64,000 bases of DNA, taken from the NCBI RefSeq assembly GCF_055900595.2, contig NZ_CM148325.1. One strand, 5' to 3'. How positions within the stretch are numbered: the first letter of the stretch is position 1; each line of letters starts with the position of its first letter. Both the position numbers and the translations under genes were made by a program. The notes beneath the pieces were generated by a model. That model had not been told where the DNA came from. It did no database searches and saw only the letters and a program-made list of their open reading frames with translations. Of this stretch, positions 19,688 to 31,933 are shown piece by piece.

Positions 19688-21510
19688 GCGCAATTTCCCT
19701 GATCAATAGCGGCGTGGCGTGGTTTGTTGCTGCTGCTGTTCTGGCATTTCTCTTTTCTTTTCAAAAGGCGTTAAGCGGCTGGATTGCCGGAATTGGCGGC
19801 GCGGTGGGTAGCCTGTATACGGCAGCCGCAGGCTTCACTGTGCTGACTGGCGCGGTTGGCGTGAGCGGCGCGTTGTCGCTGGTAAGCTACAATGTGCAAA
19901 TCTCTCCGCTTAATGCGATTTGGCTGATAACCCTCGGCCTGTGCGGTCTGTTTGTCAGCCTCTACAACATTGACTGGCATCGCCATGCGCAGGTGAAGTG
20001 TAACGGCTTGCAGATCAATATGTTGATGGCTGCTGCCGTCTGTGCCGTCATTGCCAGCAATCTGGGCATGTTCGTAGTAATGGCAGAAATCATGGCCCTG
20101 TGTGCGGTGTTCCTCACCAACAACAGCAAAGAGGGCAAACTGTGGTTTGCGCTGGGGCGTCTTGGCACTTTGCTGCTGGCGATTGCTTGCTGGCTGCTGT
20201 GGCAACGTTACGGCACGCTGGATCTGCGCCTGCTGGATATGCGCATGCAACAGCTGCCGCTTGGTTCCGATATCTGGCTGCTCGGTGTGATTGGTTTTGG
20301 CCTGCTGGCCGGGATTATCCCGCTGCACGGCTGGGTGCCACAGGCTCATGCTAACGCCTCTGCGCCAGCTGCCGCGCTGTTTTCCACGGTGGTGATGAAA
20401 ATTGGCCTGCTGGGTATTTTAACCCTGTCTCTGCTGGGCGGTAATGCGCCGCTGTGGTGGGGAATTGCACTTCTGGTACTCGGCATGATCACCGCGTTCG
20501 TCGGCGGTCTGTATGCGCTGATGGAGCACAACATTCAGCGTCTGCTGGCTTACCACACTCTGGAAAATATCGGCATCATCCTGCTGGGGCTAGGCGCTGG
20601 CGTAACGGGTATCGCGCTTGAACAACCGGCGCTGATTGCCCTTGGCCTGGTCGGTGGTCTGTACCATCTGCTTAACCATAGCCTGTTCAAAAGCGTACTG
20701 TTCCTTGGTGCGGGGAGCGTCTGGTTCCGTACCGGGCATCGCGATATCGAAAAACTCGGTGGTATTGGCAAAAAAATGCCGGTTATCTCCATCGCCATGT
20801 TAGTTGGGCTGATGGCAATGGCTGCGTTGCCGCCACTGAACGGGTTTGCCGGGGAATGGGTTATCTATCAATCCTTCTTCAAACTGAGCAATAGTGGCGC
20901 GTTTGTTGCCCGTCTGCTGGGGCCGCTGCTCGCAGTGGGGCTGGCAATTACCGGTGCGCTGGCAGTGATGTGTATGGCGAAAGTTTATGGCGTTACTTTC
21001 CTTGGCGCGCCGCGTACCAAAGAAGCCGAAAACGCCACCTGTGCGCCGCTCCTGATGAGCGTAAGCGTAGTGGCACTGGCGATTTGCTGCGTGATTGGCG
21101 GTGTTGCTGCGCCGTGGCTGCTGCCGATGTTGTCTGCTGCCGTACCTCTGCCGCTGGAGCCTGCTAATACAACCGTTTCTCAACCAATGATCACGTTGCT
21201 GCTGATTGCCTGCCCGCTGCTGCCATTCATCATTATGGCGATTTGCAAAGGCGATCGTTTGCCGTCGCGTTCCCGCGGCGCGGCCTGGGTGTGCGGCTAC
21301 GACCATGAAAAATCAATGGTGATTACCGCTCACGGTTTTGCCATGCCGGTGAAACAGGCATTTGCGCCAGTGCTGAAACTGCGCAAATGGCTGAATCCGG
21401 TGTCGCTGGTACCAGGCTGGCAGTGCGAGGGGAGTGCGTTGCTGTTCCGCCGGATGGCGCTGGTTGAACTGGCGGTGCTGGTGGTGATTATTGTTTCACG
21501 AGGAGCCTGA
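19684..21510 (+). CDS. hycC: formate hydrogenlyase membrane subunit HycC
   Basis: 608 aa polytopic membrane protein. Confidence 0.94.
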   Translation: MSAISLINSGVAWFVAAAVLAFLFSFQKALSGWIAGIGGAVGSLYTAAAGFTVLTGAVGVSGALSLVSYNVQISPLNAIWLITLGLCGLFVSLYNIDWHRHAQVKCNGLQINMLMAAAVCAVIASNLGMFVVMAEIMALCAVFLTNNSKEGKLWFALGRLGTLLLAIACWLLWQRYGTLDLRLLDMRMQQLPLGSDIWLLGVIGFGLLAGIIPLHGWVPQAHANASAPAAALFSTVVMKIGLLGILTLSLLGGNAPLWWGIALLVLGMITAFVGGLYALMEHNIQRLLAYHTLENIGIILLGLGAGVTGIALEQPALIALGLVGGLYHLLNHSLFKSVLFLGAGSVWFRTGHRDIEKLGGIGKKMPVISIAMLVGLMAMAALPPLNGFAGEWVIYQSFFKLSNSGAFVARLLGPLLAVGLAITGALAVMCMAKVYGVTFLGAPRTKEAENATCAPLLMSVSVVALAICCVIGGVAAPWLLPMLSAAVPLPLEPANTTVSQPMITLLLIACPLLPFIIMAICKGDRLPSRSRGAAWVCGYDHEKSMVITAHGFAMPVKQAFAPVLKLRKWLNPVSLVPGWQCEGSALLFRRMALVELAVLVVIIVSRGA

Positions 21511-21512
21511 GA

Positions 21513-22436
21513 ATGAGTGTTTTATATCCGTTAATTCAGGCGCTGGTGTTATTTGCCGTTGCGCCGCTGCTCTCTGGTATTACCCGCGTGGCGCGCGCCC
21601 GCTTGCATAACCGTCGCGGGCCGGACGTGTTGCAGGAGTATCGCGACATTATCAAACTGCTGGGTCGTCAGAGCGTTGGCCCCGATGCCTCCGGCTGGGT
21701 GTTCCGCCTGACGCCGTATGTGATGGTGGGCGTCATGCTGACTATCGCTACCGCGCTGCCGGTGGTGACCGTCGGTTCTCCGCTGCCGCAACTGGGGGAT
21801 TTGATCACTTTACTGTATCTCTTCGCCATTGCGCGTTTCTTCTTTGCCATTTCTGGTCTGGATACCGGTAGTCCGTTTACTGCTATTGGCGCGAGCCGTG
21901 AAGCGATGCTGGGCGTGCTGGTCGAACCGATGTTGTTGCTTGGTCTGTGGGTCGCCGCGCAGGTGGCTGGTTCCACCAACATCAGCAACATCACCGACAC
22001 CGTTTATCACTGGCCGCTGAGCCAGAGCATTCCGCTGGTGCTGGCGCTCTGTGCCTGCGCATTCGCCACCTTTATCGAAATGGGCAAACTGCCGTTCGAC
22101 CTGGCGGAAGCCGAGCAGGAGCTGCAGGAAGGTCCGCTCTCTGAGTACAGCGGCAGCGGCTTTGGCGTCATGAAATGGGGTATCAGCCTGAAACAGCTGG
22201 TGGTGTTACAGATGTTCGTCGGGGTGTTTATTCCGTGGGGACAAATGGAAACCTTCACTGCCGGTGGGCTGCTGCTGGCGCTGGTGATTGCCATCGTCAA
22301 ACTTGTGGTCGGCGTACTGGTTATCGCGCTGTTCGAAAACAGCATGGCCCGTCTGCGTCTTGATATTACTCCACGCATTACCTGGGCTGGTTTTGGCTTT
22401 GCATTTTTAGCGTTCGTCTCCTTGCTGGCGGCGTGA
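21513..22436 (+). CDS. hycD: formate hydrogenlyase membrane subunit HycD
   Basis: 307 aa membrane protein. Confidence 0.94.
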   Translation: MSVLYPLIQALVLFAVAPLLSGITRVARARLHNRRGPDVLQEYRDIIKLLGRQSVGPDASGWVFRLTPYVMVGVMLTIATALPVVTVGSPLPQLGDLITLLYLFAIARFFFAISGLDTGSPFTAIGASREAMLGVLVEPMLLLGLWVAAQVAGSTNISNITDTVYHWPLSQSIPLVLALCACAFATFIEMGKLPFDLAEAEQELQEGPLSEYSGSGFGVMKWGISLKQLVVLQMFVGVFIPWGQMETFTAGGLLLALVIAIVKLVVGVLVIALFENSMARLRLDITPRITWAGFGFAFLAFVSLLAA

Positions 22437-22453
22437 TTAAAGAGAGTTTGAGC

Positions 22454-24163
22454 ATGTCTGAAGAAAAATTAGGTCAACATTATCTCGCCGCGCTGAATGA
22501 GGCATTTCCGGGCGTCGTGCTGGACCACGCCTGGCAGACCAAAGATCAGCTGACTGTCACCGTGAAGGTGAACTATCTGCCGGAAGTGGTGGAGTTCCTC
22601 TACTACAAGCAGGGGGGCTGGCTGTCGGTGCTGTTTGGTAACGATGAACGCAAACTGAATGGTCATTACGCCGTTTATTACGTGCTGTCGATGGAGAAGG
22701 GCACCAAGTGTTGGATTACGGTTCGCGTCGAAGTTGACGCCAACAAACCAGAATATCCGTCCGTGACGCCGCGCGTTCCGGCGGCGGTGTGGGGCGAGCG
22801 TGAAGTGCGCGATATGTACGGTTTGATTCCGGTAGGGCTTCCGGATGAACGCCGTCTGGTGCTGCCGGATGACTGGCCGGATGAACTCTACCCGCTGCGT
22901 AAAGACAGCATGGATTATCGTCAACGTCCGGCACCAACTACTGATGCTGAAACCTACGAGTTCATCAACGAACTGGGCGACAAGAAAAACAACGTCGTGC
23001 CGATTGGTCCACTGCACGTCACTTCTGACGAACCGGGCCACTTCCGTCTGTTCGTTGATGGCGAAAACATTATCGACGCCGACTACCGCCTGTTCTATGT
23101 CCATCGCGGCATGGAAAAACTGGCGGAAACCCGCATGGGTTACAACGAAGTGACCTTCCTCTCCGACCGTGTGTGCGGGATCTGCGGCTTCGCCCACAGC
23201 ACCGCTTACACCACGTCGGTGGAAAACGCGATGGGTATTCAGGTGCCAGAACGTGCGCAGATGATTCGCGCCATTTTGCTGGAAGTGGAACGCCTGCACT
23301 CGCATCTGCTCAACCTTGGCCTTGCCTGCCACTTCACTGGCTTTGACTCTGGTTTTATGCAGTTCTTCCGCGTGCGTGAAACCTCCATGAAAATGGCGGA
23401 GATCCTTACCGGTGCGCGTAAAACCTACGGCCTGAACCTGATCGGCGGGATTCGTCGCGATCTGCTGAAAGATGACATGATCCAGACCCGTCAACTGGCG
23501 CAGCAGATGCGTCGTGAAGTGCAGGAGCTGGTGGATGTGCTGCTGAGCACACCGAACATGGAACAGCGCACTGTCGGCATTGGTCGTCTGGACCCGGAAA
23601 TTGCCCGCGACTTCAGTAACGTCGGCCCGATGGTCCGCGCCAGTGGTCACGCCCGCGATACCCGCGCCGATCACCCGTTTGTTGGCTATGGCTTACTGCC
23701 AATGGAAGTTCACAGTGAGCAGGGCTGCGATGTGATTTCCCGTCTGAAAGTGCGTATCAACGAAGTCTATACCGCGCTGAACATGATTGACTACGGTCTG
23801 GATAACCTGCCGGGCGGCCCGCTGATGGTGGAAGGCTTTACCTACATTCCGCACCGTTTTGCGCTGGGCTTTGCCGAAGCGCCGCGCGGTGATGATATTC
23901 ACTGGAGCATGACCGGCGACAACCAGAAGCTGTACCGCTGGCGCTGCCGTGCCGCGACCTACGCGAACTGGCCGACCCTGCGCTACATGCTGCGCGGCAA
24001 CACCGTTTCTGATGCGCCGCTGATTATTGGTAGCCTGGACCCTTGCTACTCCTGTACCGACCGCATGACCGTGGTCGATGTGCGTAAGAAGAAGAGCAAA
24101 GTGGTGCCGTACAAAGAACTTGAGCGCTACAGCATTGAGCGTAAAAACTCGCCGCTGAAATAA
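22454..24163 (+). CDS. hycE: hydrogenase 3 large subunit HycE
   Basis: ORF 22433..24163 trimmed to MSEEKLGQ... (569 aa); NiFe ligand motifs RxCGxC and DPCxxC. Confidence 0.94.
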   Translation: MSEEKLGQHYLAALNEAFPGVVLDHAWQTKDQLTVTVKVNYLPEVVEFLYYKQGGWLSVLFGNDERKLNGHYAVYYVLSMEKGTKCWITVRVEVDANKPEYPSVTPRVPAAVWGEREVRDMYGLIPVGLPDERRLVLPDDWPDELYPLRKDSMDYRQRPAPTTDAETYEFINELGDKKNNVVPIGPLHVTSDEPGHFRLFVDGENIIDADYRLFYVHRGMEKLAETRMGYNEVTFLSDRVCGICGFAHSTAYTTSVENAMGIQVPERAQMIRAILLEVERLHSHLLNLGLACHFTGFDSGFMQFFRVRETSMKMAEILTGARKTYGLNLIGGIRRDLLKDDMIQTRQLAQQMRREVQELVDVLLSTPNMEQRTVGIGRLDPEIARDFSNVGPMVRASGHARDTRADHPFVGYGLLPMEVHSEQGCDVISRLKVRINEVYTALNMIDYGLDNLPGGPLMVEGFTYIPHRFALGFAEAPRGDDIHWSMTGDNQKLYRWRCRAATYANWPTLRYMLRGNTVSDAPLIIGSLDPCYSCTDRMTVVDVRKKKSKVVPYKELERYSIERKNSPLK

Positions 24164-24172
24164 GGAATCGCC

Positions 24173-24715
24173 ATGTTTACCTTTATCAAAAAAGTCATCA
24201 AAACCGGCACGGCGACCTCGTCTTACCCGCTGGAGCCGATTGCGGTTGATAAAAACTTCCGTGGTAAGCCAGAGCAGAACCCGCAGCAGTGCATCGGCTG
24301 TGCAGCCTGCGTCAATGCCTGCCCGTCAAACGCCTTAACGGTTGAAACTGATCTCGCCACCGGTGAGCTGGCATGGCAGTTCAATCTCGGTCGCTGCATC
24401 TTCTGTGGACGCTGCGAAGAAGTCTGCCCGACGGCGGCGATCAAACTGTCGCAAGAGTACGAACTGGCGGTGTGGAAGAAAGAAGATTTCCTGCAACAGT
24501 CTCGCTTCGCGCTGTGCAACTGCCGCGTCTGCAATCGTCCTTTCGCCGTCCAGAAAGAGATCGACTACGCCATTGCGCTGCTTAAGCACAATGGTGACAG
24601 CCGTGCGGAAAACCACCGCGAAAGCTTTGAGACTTGCCCGGAATGTAAGCGCCAGAAATGCCTGGTGCCGTCCGACCGTATTGAACTGACTCGCCATATG
24701 AAAGAGGCCATCTGA
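24173..24715 (+). CDS. hycF: formate hydrogenlyase Fe-S subunit HycF
   Basis: 180 aa, two 4Fe-4S cysteine clusters. Confidence 0.94.
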   Translation: MFTFIKKVIKTGTATSSYPLEPIAVDKNFRGKPEQNPQQCIGCAACVNACPSNALTVETDLATGELAWQFNLGRCIFCGRCEEVCPTAAIKLSQEYELAVWKKEDFLQQSRFALCNCRVCNRPFAVQKEIDYAIALLKHNGDSRAENHRESFETCPECKRQKCLVPSDRIELTRHMKEAI

Positions 24716-25482
24716 TGAGCAATTTATTAGGCCCCCGTGACGCCAACGGCATTCCGGTCCCGATGACGGTGGATGAATCCATCGCCAGTATGAAGGCGTC
24801 GTTACTGAAAAAAATCAAACGTTCTGCCTACGTTTACCGCGTGGACTGCGGCGGCTGCAACGGCTGCGAAATTGAAATTTTCGCAACCTTATCGCCGCTG
24901 TTCGATGCAGAACGCTTCGGCATTAAAGTCGTTCCTTCTCCGCGTCATGCGGATATTTTACTGTTTACCGGCGCGGTCACCCGTGCAATGCGATCCCCTG
25001 CGCTGCGTGCGTGGCAGTCCGCGCCGGACCCGAAAATCTGTATCTCCTACGGTGCCTGCGGTAACAGCGGCGGGATCTTCCACGATCTCTACTGCGTGTG
25101 GGGGGGTACGGATAAAATCGTCCCGGTGGATGTCTACATTCCGGGGTGCCCGCCAACGCCAGCCGCCACGCTGTACGGCTTTGCAATGGCGCTCGGCCTG
25201 CTGGAGCAGAAAATTCACGCCCGTGGGCCGGGTGAACTGGATGAACAACCGGCAGAGATCCTGCATGGCGATATGGTGCAGCCGCTGCGTGTAAAAGTAG
25301 ATCGCGAAGCACGCCGCCTGGCGGGTTATCGTTACGGTCGCCAGATTGCCGATGATTTCCTGACGCAGTTAGGGCAGGGTGAAGAGCAGGTTGCACGCTG
25401 GCTGGAAGCGGAAAACGATCCGCGTCTGAACGAGATTGTCAGCCATCTGAATCATGTTGTTGAAGAGGCGCGTATTCGATGA
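24715..25482 (+). CDS. hycG: hydrogenase 3 small subunit HycG
   Basis: 255 aa, NuoB-like cysteine motifs. Confidence 0.94.
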   Translation: MSNLLGPRDANGIPVPMTVDESIASMKASLLKKIKRSAYVYRVDCGGCNGCEIEIFATLSPLFDAERFGIKVVPSPRHADILLFTGAVTRAMRSPALRAWQSAPDPKICISYGACGNSGGIFHDLYCVWGGTDKIVPVDVYIPGCPPTPAATLYGFAMALGLLEQKIHARGPGELDEQPAEILHGDMVQPLRVKVDREARRLAGYRYGRQIADDFLTQLGQGEEQVARWLEAENDPRLNEIVSHLNHVVEEARIR

Positions 25483-25889
25483 GTGAAAAGGTGGTGTTCA
25501 GTCAACTGAGCCGTAAATTTATTGATGAGAACGATGCTACGCCCGCCGAGGCGCAGCAGGTGGTCTATTACAGCCTGGCGATTGGTCACCACCTTGGGGT
25601 TATCGATTGCCTGGAAGCCGCGCTCACCTGCCCGTGGGATGAATATCTGGCATGGATTGCCACTCTGGAGGCGGGCAGTGAAGCCCGCCGTAAAATGGAA
25701 GGCGTGCCGAAATATGGTGAGATCGTTATCGACATTAACCATGTGCCGATGCTGGCCAACGCATTCGATAAAGCCCGGGCAACGCAAACTTCGCAGCAGA
25801 AAGAATGGAGTACCATGCTGTTAAGTATGCTGCATGATATTTATCAGGAAAATGCCATCTATTTGATGGTGAGGAGACTGCGTGACTGA
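25479..25889 (+). CDS. hycH: formate hydrogenlyase maturation protein HycH
   Basis: 136 aa, conserved position. Confidence 0.92.
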   Translation: MSEKVVFSQLSRKFIDENDATPAEAQQVVYYSLAIGHHLGVIDCLEAALTCPWDEYLAWIATLEAGSEARRKMEGVPKYGEIVIDINHVPMLANAFDKARATQTSQQKEWSTMLLSMLHDIYQENAIYLMVRRLRD

Positions 25890-26352
25890 CGTTTTACTCT
25901 GTGTTGGCAATAGCATGATGGGCGATGATGGCGCAGGTCCGCTGCTGGCGGAAAAGTGCGCCGCCGCGCCGAAAGGTAACTGGGTGGTGATTGACGGCGG
26001 TAGCGCACCGGAAAACGACATTGTCGCCATCCGTGAACTGCGCCCTACGCGACTGCTGATTGTCGACGCCACTGATATGGGGCTAAACCCCGGCGAGATC
26101 CGCATCATCGACCCGGATGACATCGCCGAGATGTTTATGATGACTACCCATAACATGCCGCTGAACTACCTTATCGACCAGTTAAAAGAAGACATTGGCG
26201 AAGTGATTTTCCTCGGCATCCAGCCGGATATCGTCGGTTTTTACTACCCGATGACCCAGCCGATTAAAGACGCCGTAGAAACCGTTTATCAACGACTTGA
26301 AGGCTGGGAAGGGAATGGTGGATTTGCGCAGTTAGCGGTGGAAGAAGAGTAG
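25882..26352 (+). CDS. hycI: hydrogenase 3 maturation endopeptidase HycI
   Basis: 156 aa, conserved position. Confidence 0.93.
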   Translation: MTDVLLCVGNSMMGDDGAGPLLAEKCAAAPKGNWVVIDGGSAPENDIVAIRELRPTRLLIVDATDMGLNPGEIRIIDPDDIAEMFMMTTHNMPLNYLIDQLKEDIGEVIFLGIQPDIVGFYYPMTQPIKDAVETVYQRLEGWEGNGGFAQLAVEEE

Positions 26353-26376
26353 TTTTTCAGTAAGGAATTCAGGGAA

Positions 26377-27150
26377 TTGAAAATCAGAACAGGGATGTGC
26401 GCTTTTTTATTTTGCTTAGTGCTTCCTGCGCAGGCTACCAGCTTTACCGAATATCTGCCAATGAGTGACAGCGAATACGCGCAAAAGCGGGCGCTGAAAC
26501 CTCTCCTGACTATGCCTTATTATACCGAGCAAACCTGGCATTTTAGAAAAGTGGGCGTTGCTGGCGTGACGCTTGAGAAGATGCCAAATGAAGAGGATTA
26601 CTGGCAATTAACTGCTAAAGACCGCGCCGGTAAATCCTGGAAGGTGCCTGTGGGTATGCTGGCAAATATGGCGGGCAAAGGGCAACTCTATCGCGCCGAT
26701 CTGGATCGTAACGGCATTCAGGATCTGGTTATCTGGTTACCAAGTGCTGGTAATGGTCTGGCTCCTTATGCACATTTAATCCTTATGACGTTCACGCGCG
26801 ATGGTCGTCCCTGTGTCTTTGAACCCTGGGGATTCTACACCGCAAGCAAAACTGGCGTAGATGATTTGCTGGATTTGCAAGGCAATGGCCACACACAATT
26901 GCTGGATATGCAGTTTAATTCTGGTTACTGGATAACCAGTCTGTATCAGGTAAAAGACGCCAAATGGCAACGTGTTCACGGCTGGTTTGGCAAGTTAAGC
27001 TATCCCGCGCTCACGCGTTTCACTTATACCCCCAACCGTAAACTCGTCCTCAAACCCATTGCCGGGCGCGACCCGCAAACGGAAGATCTGGCGTTGACCC
27101 AGCGTTGCTTGATAACAGAGGATATGCTTGATGGGGTGAATCAGCTCTGA
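26377..27150 (+). CDS. hypothetical secreted protein with FG-GAP/VCBS-like DxDxNG motifs (start may be ATG at 26395)
   Basis: 257 aa ORF; signal-peptide-like N-terminus (CAFLFCLVLPAQA); motifs DLDRNGIQDLV and DLQGNGHTQLLD; lies between hycI and a REP pair. Confidence 0.6.
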   Translation: MKIRTGMCAFLFCLVLPAQATSFTEYLPMSDSEYAQKRALKPLLTMPYYTEQTWHFRKVGVAGVTLEKMPNEEDYWQLTAKDRAGKSWKVPVGMLANMAGKGQLYRADLDRNGIQDLVIWLPSAGNGLAPYAHLILMTFTRDGRPCVFEPWGFYTASKTGVDDLLDLQGNGHTQLLDMQFNSGYWITSLYQVKDAKWQRVHGWFGKLSYPALTRFTYTPNRKLVLKPIAGRDPQTEDLALTQRCLITEDMLDGVNQL

Positions 27151-27159
27151 TGCCAAACG

Positions 27160-27250
27160 CCAGATTGCCCGATGCGCTGCGCTTATCGGGCCTACATGTC
27201 GCACGAACTATGTAGGCCGGATAAGGCGTTCACGCCGCATCCGGCACGTT
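27160..27250. repeat. BIME (pair of inverted REP elements)
   Basis: gcccgatgcgctgcgcttatcgggcctaca ... tgtaggccggataaggcgttcacgccgcatccggca. Confidence 0.8.
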
Positions 27251-27253
27251 TGC

Positions 27254-29835
<2,582 letters not shown>

Positions 29836-30094
29836 CGGATTTTATCCTGTTATCAGTAGGGTAGAGGTAGTTGTTATCAGTCGACGTGACGGGAAATTGC
29901 CGATGCTGAAACGGAATTAAGAAACCGGTTTCACAAAATCATGAATAGTTGATACTGATTAAGCAAGAGAGTTAATTGCTCATTTTTTATATTTGTGAAA
30001 CCGGTCACCTGAATATTTTTCCCGCTGCTTGCACAAGGACAATCAGCCAACGGTGCAGTACACTGCGTTGATTGCGTGTAAAGGGATGAAAATG

Positions 30095-31105
30095 ATGACG
30101 ACAATGCTGGAAGTGGCGAAGCGCGCCGGGGTTTCAAAAGCGACCGTTTCCCGCGTGCTTTCAGGTAATGGCTACGTCAGCCAGGAAACTAAAGATCGCG
30201 TGTTTCAGGCGGTGGAAGAGAGCGGCTACCGCCCAAATTTGCTGGCGCGCAATCTGTCAGCGAAGAGTACCCAGACGCTGGGGCTGGTAGTGACCAACAC
30301 GCTTTACCACGGCATTTATTTTAGTGAATTACTGTTTCATACCGCGAGAATGGCGGAAGAGAAAGGGCGTCAGCTGCTATTGGCAGATGGCAAACATAGC
30401 GCCGAAGAAGAACGCCAGGCGATTCAGTATCTACTGGATCTGCGCTGCGACGCCATTATGATTTACCCGCGCTTTTTAAGCGTGGATGAGATTGATGACA
30501 TCATTGATGCACACAATCAGCCGATAATGGTGCTCAATCGCCGCCTGCGCAAAAACAGTAGCCATAGCGTCTGGTGCGATCATAAACAGACCAGCTTTAA
30601 CGCCGTGGCAGAGTTGATAAACGCCGGACATCAGGAGATTGCTTTCCTTACCGGTTCGATGGATTCCCCCACCAGCATTGAACGCCTTGCCGGATATAAA
30701 GACGCGCTGGCGCAGCATGGTATTGCACTCAATGAAAAACTTATCGCTAACGGTAAATGGACGCCTGCCAGCGGGGCCGAAGGGGTAGAAACGTTGCTCG
30801 AACGTGGTGCTAAATTTAGCGCGTTAGTTGCCAGTAACGACGATATGGCGATAGGTGCGATGAAAGCGTTGCATGACCGTGGTGTAGCGGTGCCGGGGCA
30901 AGTATCGGTTATTGGATTTGATGATATCGCAATTGCCCCCTACACCGTTCCGGCGCTCTCCAGCGTAAAAATTCCGGTGACTGAGATGATTCAGGAAATA
31001 ATTGGGCGGCTGATATTTATGCTCGATGGTGGTGCTTACACACCGCCGAAAACCTTCAGCGGAAAACTGATCCGCCGCGACTCCCTCATTGATCTTTCGC
31101 GATAA
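30095..31105 (+). CDS. ascG: LacI-family repressor AscG
   Basis: ORF 30029..31105 trimmed to MTTMLEVAKRAGVSKATVSRVL... (336 aa); divergent from ascF. Confidence 0.92.
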   Translation: MTTMLEVAKRAGVSKATVSRVLSGNGYVSQETKDRVFQAVEESGYRPNLLARNLSAKSTQTLGLVVTNTLYHGIYFSELLFHTARMAEEKGRQLLLADGKHSAEEERQAIQYLLDLRCDAIMIYPRFLSVDEIDDIIDAHNQPIMVLNRRLRKNSSHSVWCDHKQTSFNAVAELINAGHQEIAFLTGSMDSPTSIERLAGYKDALAQHGIALNEKLIANGKWTPASGAEGVETLLERGAKFSALVASNDDMAIGAMKALHDRGVAVPGQVSVIGFDDIAIAPYTVPALSSVKIPVTEMIQEIIGRLIFMLDGGAYTPPKTFSGKLIRRDSLIDLSR

Positions 31106-31109
31106 GCAT

Positions 31110-31148
31110 TGTCATCACATGTCATCGTCACTAGTGTCGATGACATCG
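31110..31148. promoter_or_regulatory. FhlA UAS-like element upstream of hydN-hypF
   Basis: tgtcatcacatgtcatcgtcactagtgtcgatgacatcg shares TGTCGATGA/TGACA half-sites with the hyc sites. Confidence 0.45.
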
Positions 31149-31253
31149 TTTTTTCTGCATTGCAGAATTTAATTTCTTTAAATAACAATCAATTAAAAGT
31201 TGGCATGATTTGTGAATGTATCGGCGCATTAACTGTCATTGCTGGAGAATTTG

Positions 31254-31781
31254 ATGAACCGTTTCATCATTGCTGACGCGAGTAAATGTATTGGTTGTCG
31301 TACCTGTGAAGTGGCGTGCGTGGTTTCTCATCAGGAGAATCAGGACTGTGCATCGCTGACCCCGGAAACTTTTTTACCGCGAATCCATGTCATTAAAGGT
31401 GTGAACATTTCCACGGCGACAGTTTGCCGTCAGTGTGAAGATGCACCGTGCGCTAACGTCTGCCCGAATGGTGCTATCAGCCGTGATAAAGGGTTTGTTC
31501 ATGTCATGCAGGAACGTTGCATTGGTTGCAAAACCTGCGTTGTGGCTTGCCCGTATGGTGCGATGGAAGTGGTAGTGCGTCCGGTGATTCGCAACAGCGG
31601 CGCAGGGCTTAACGTACGCGCTGACAAAGCCGAAGCTAATAAATGCGACCTCTGTAACCATCGTGAAGACGGCCCGGCCTGTATGGCTGCTTGCCCGACC
31701 CATGCGCTGATTTGTGTCGATCGTAATAAACTTGAACAACTGAGCGCAGAAAAACGCCGCCGCACGGCGCTAATGTTCTAA
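31254..31781 (+). CDS. hydN: formate dehydrogenase-H-associated 4Fe-4S ferredoxin HydN
   Basis: ORF trimmed to [22 protein letters not shown]... (175 aa); HycB-like. Confidence 0.92.
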   Translation: MNRFIIADASKCIGCRTCEVACVVSHQENQDCASLTPETFLPRIHVIKGVNISTATVCRQCEDAPCANVCPNGAISRDKGFVHVMQERCIGCKTCVVACPYGAMEVVVRPVIRNSGAGLNVRADKAEANKCDLCNHREDGPACMAACPTHALICVDRNKLEQLSAEKRRRTALMF

Positions 31782-31933
31782 AAATCTTACAGAACTGTTC
31801 TGGCATCAAAGGAATTCCCGGAAATATTCGTAGAATACGGAGCGGGCGGTATCGCCAACCTGTGACTACCGGATGCGACGCGGTCGTGTCCGGCTGGGCG
31901 GGTTACGCAATTCATGATGGCGGGAATAACTCA

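Noticed and set aside
19771-21306. Minus-strand ORFs (192 aa, 168 aa) inside hycC
   Set aside because: Antisense to a membrane-protein gene; Arg/Gln-rich translation typical of noncoding frames
22469-23674. 401-aa minus-strand ORF inside hycE
   Set aside because: Antisense to hycE, whose NiFe large-subunit motifs establish the true coding strand
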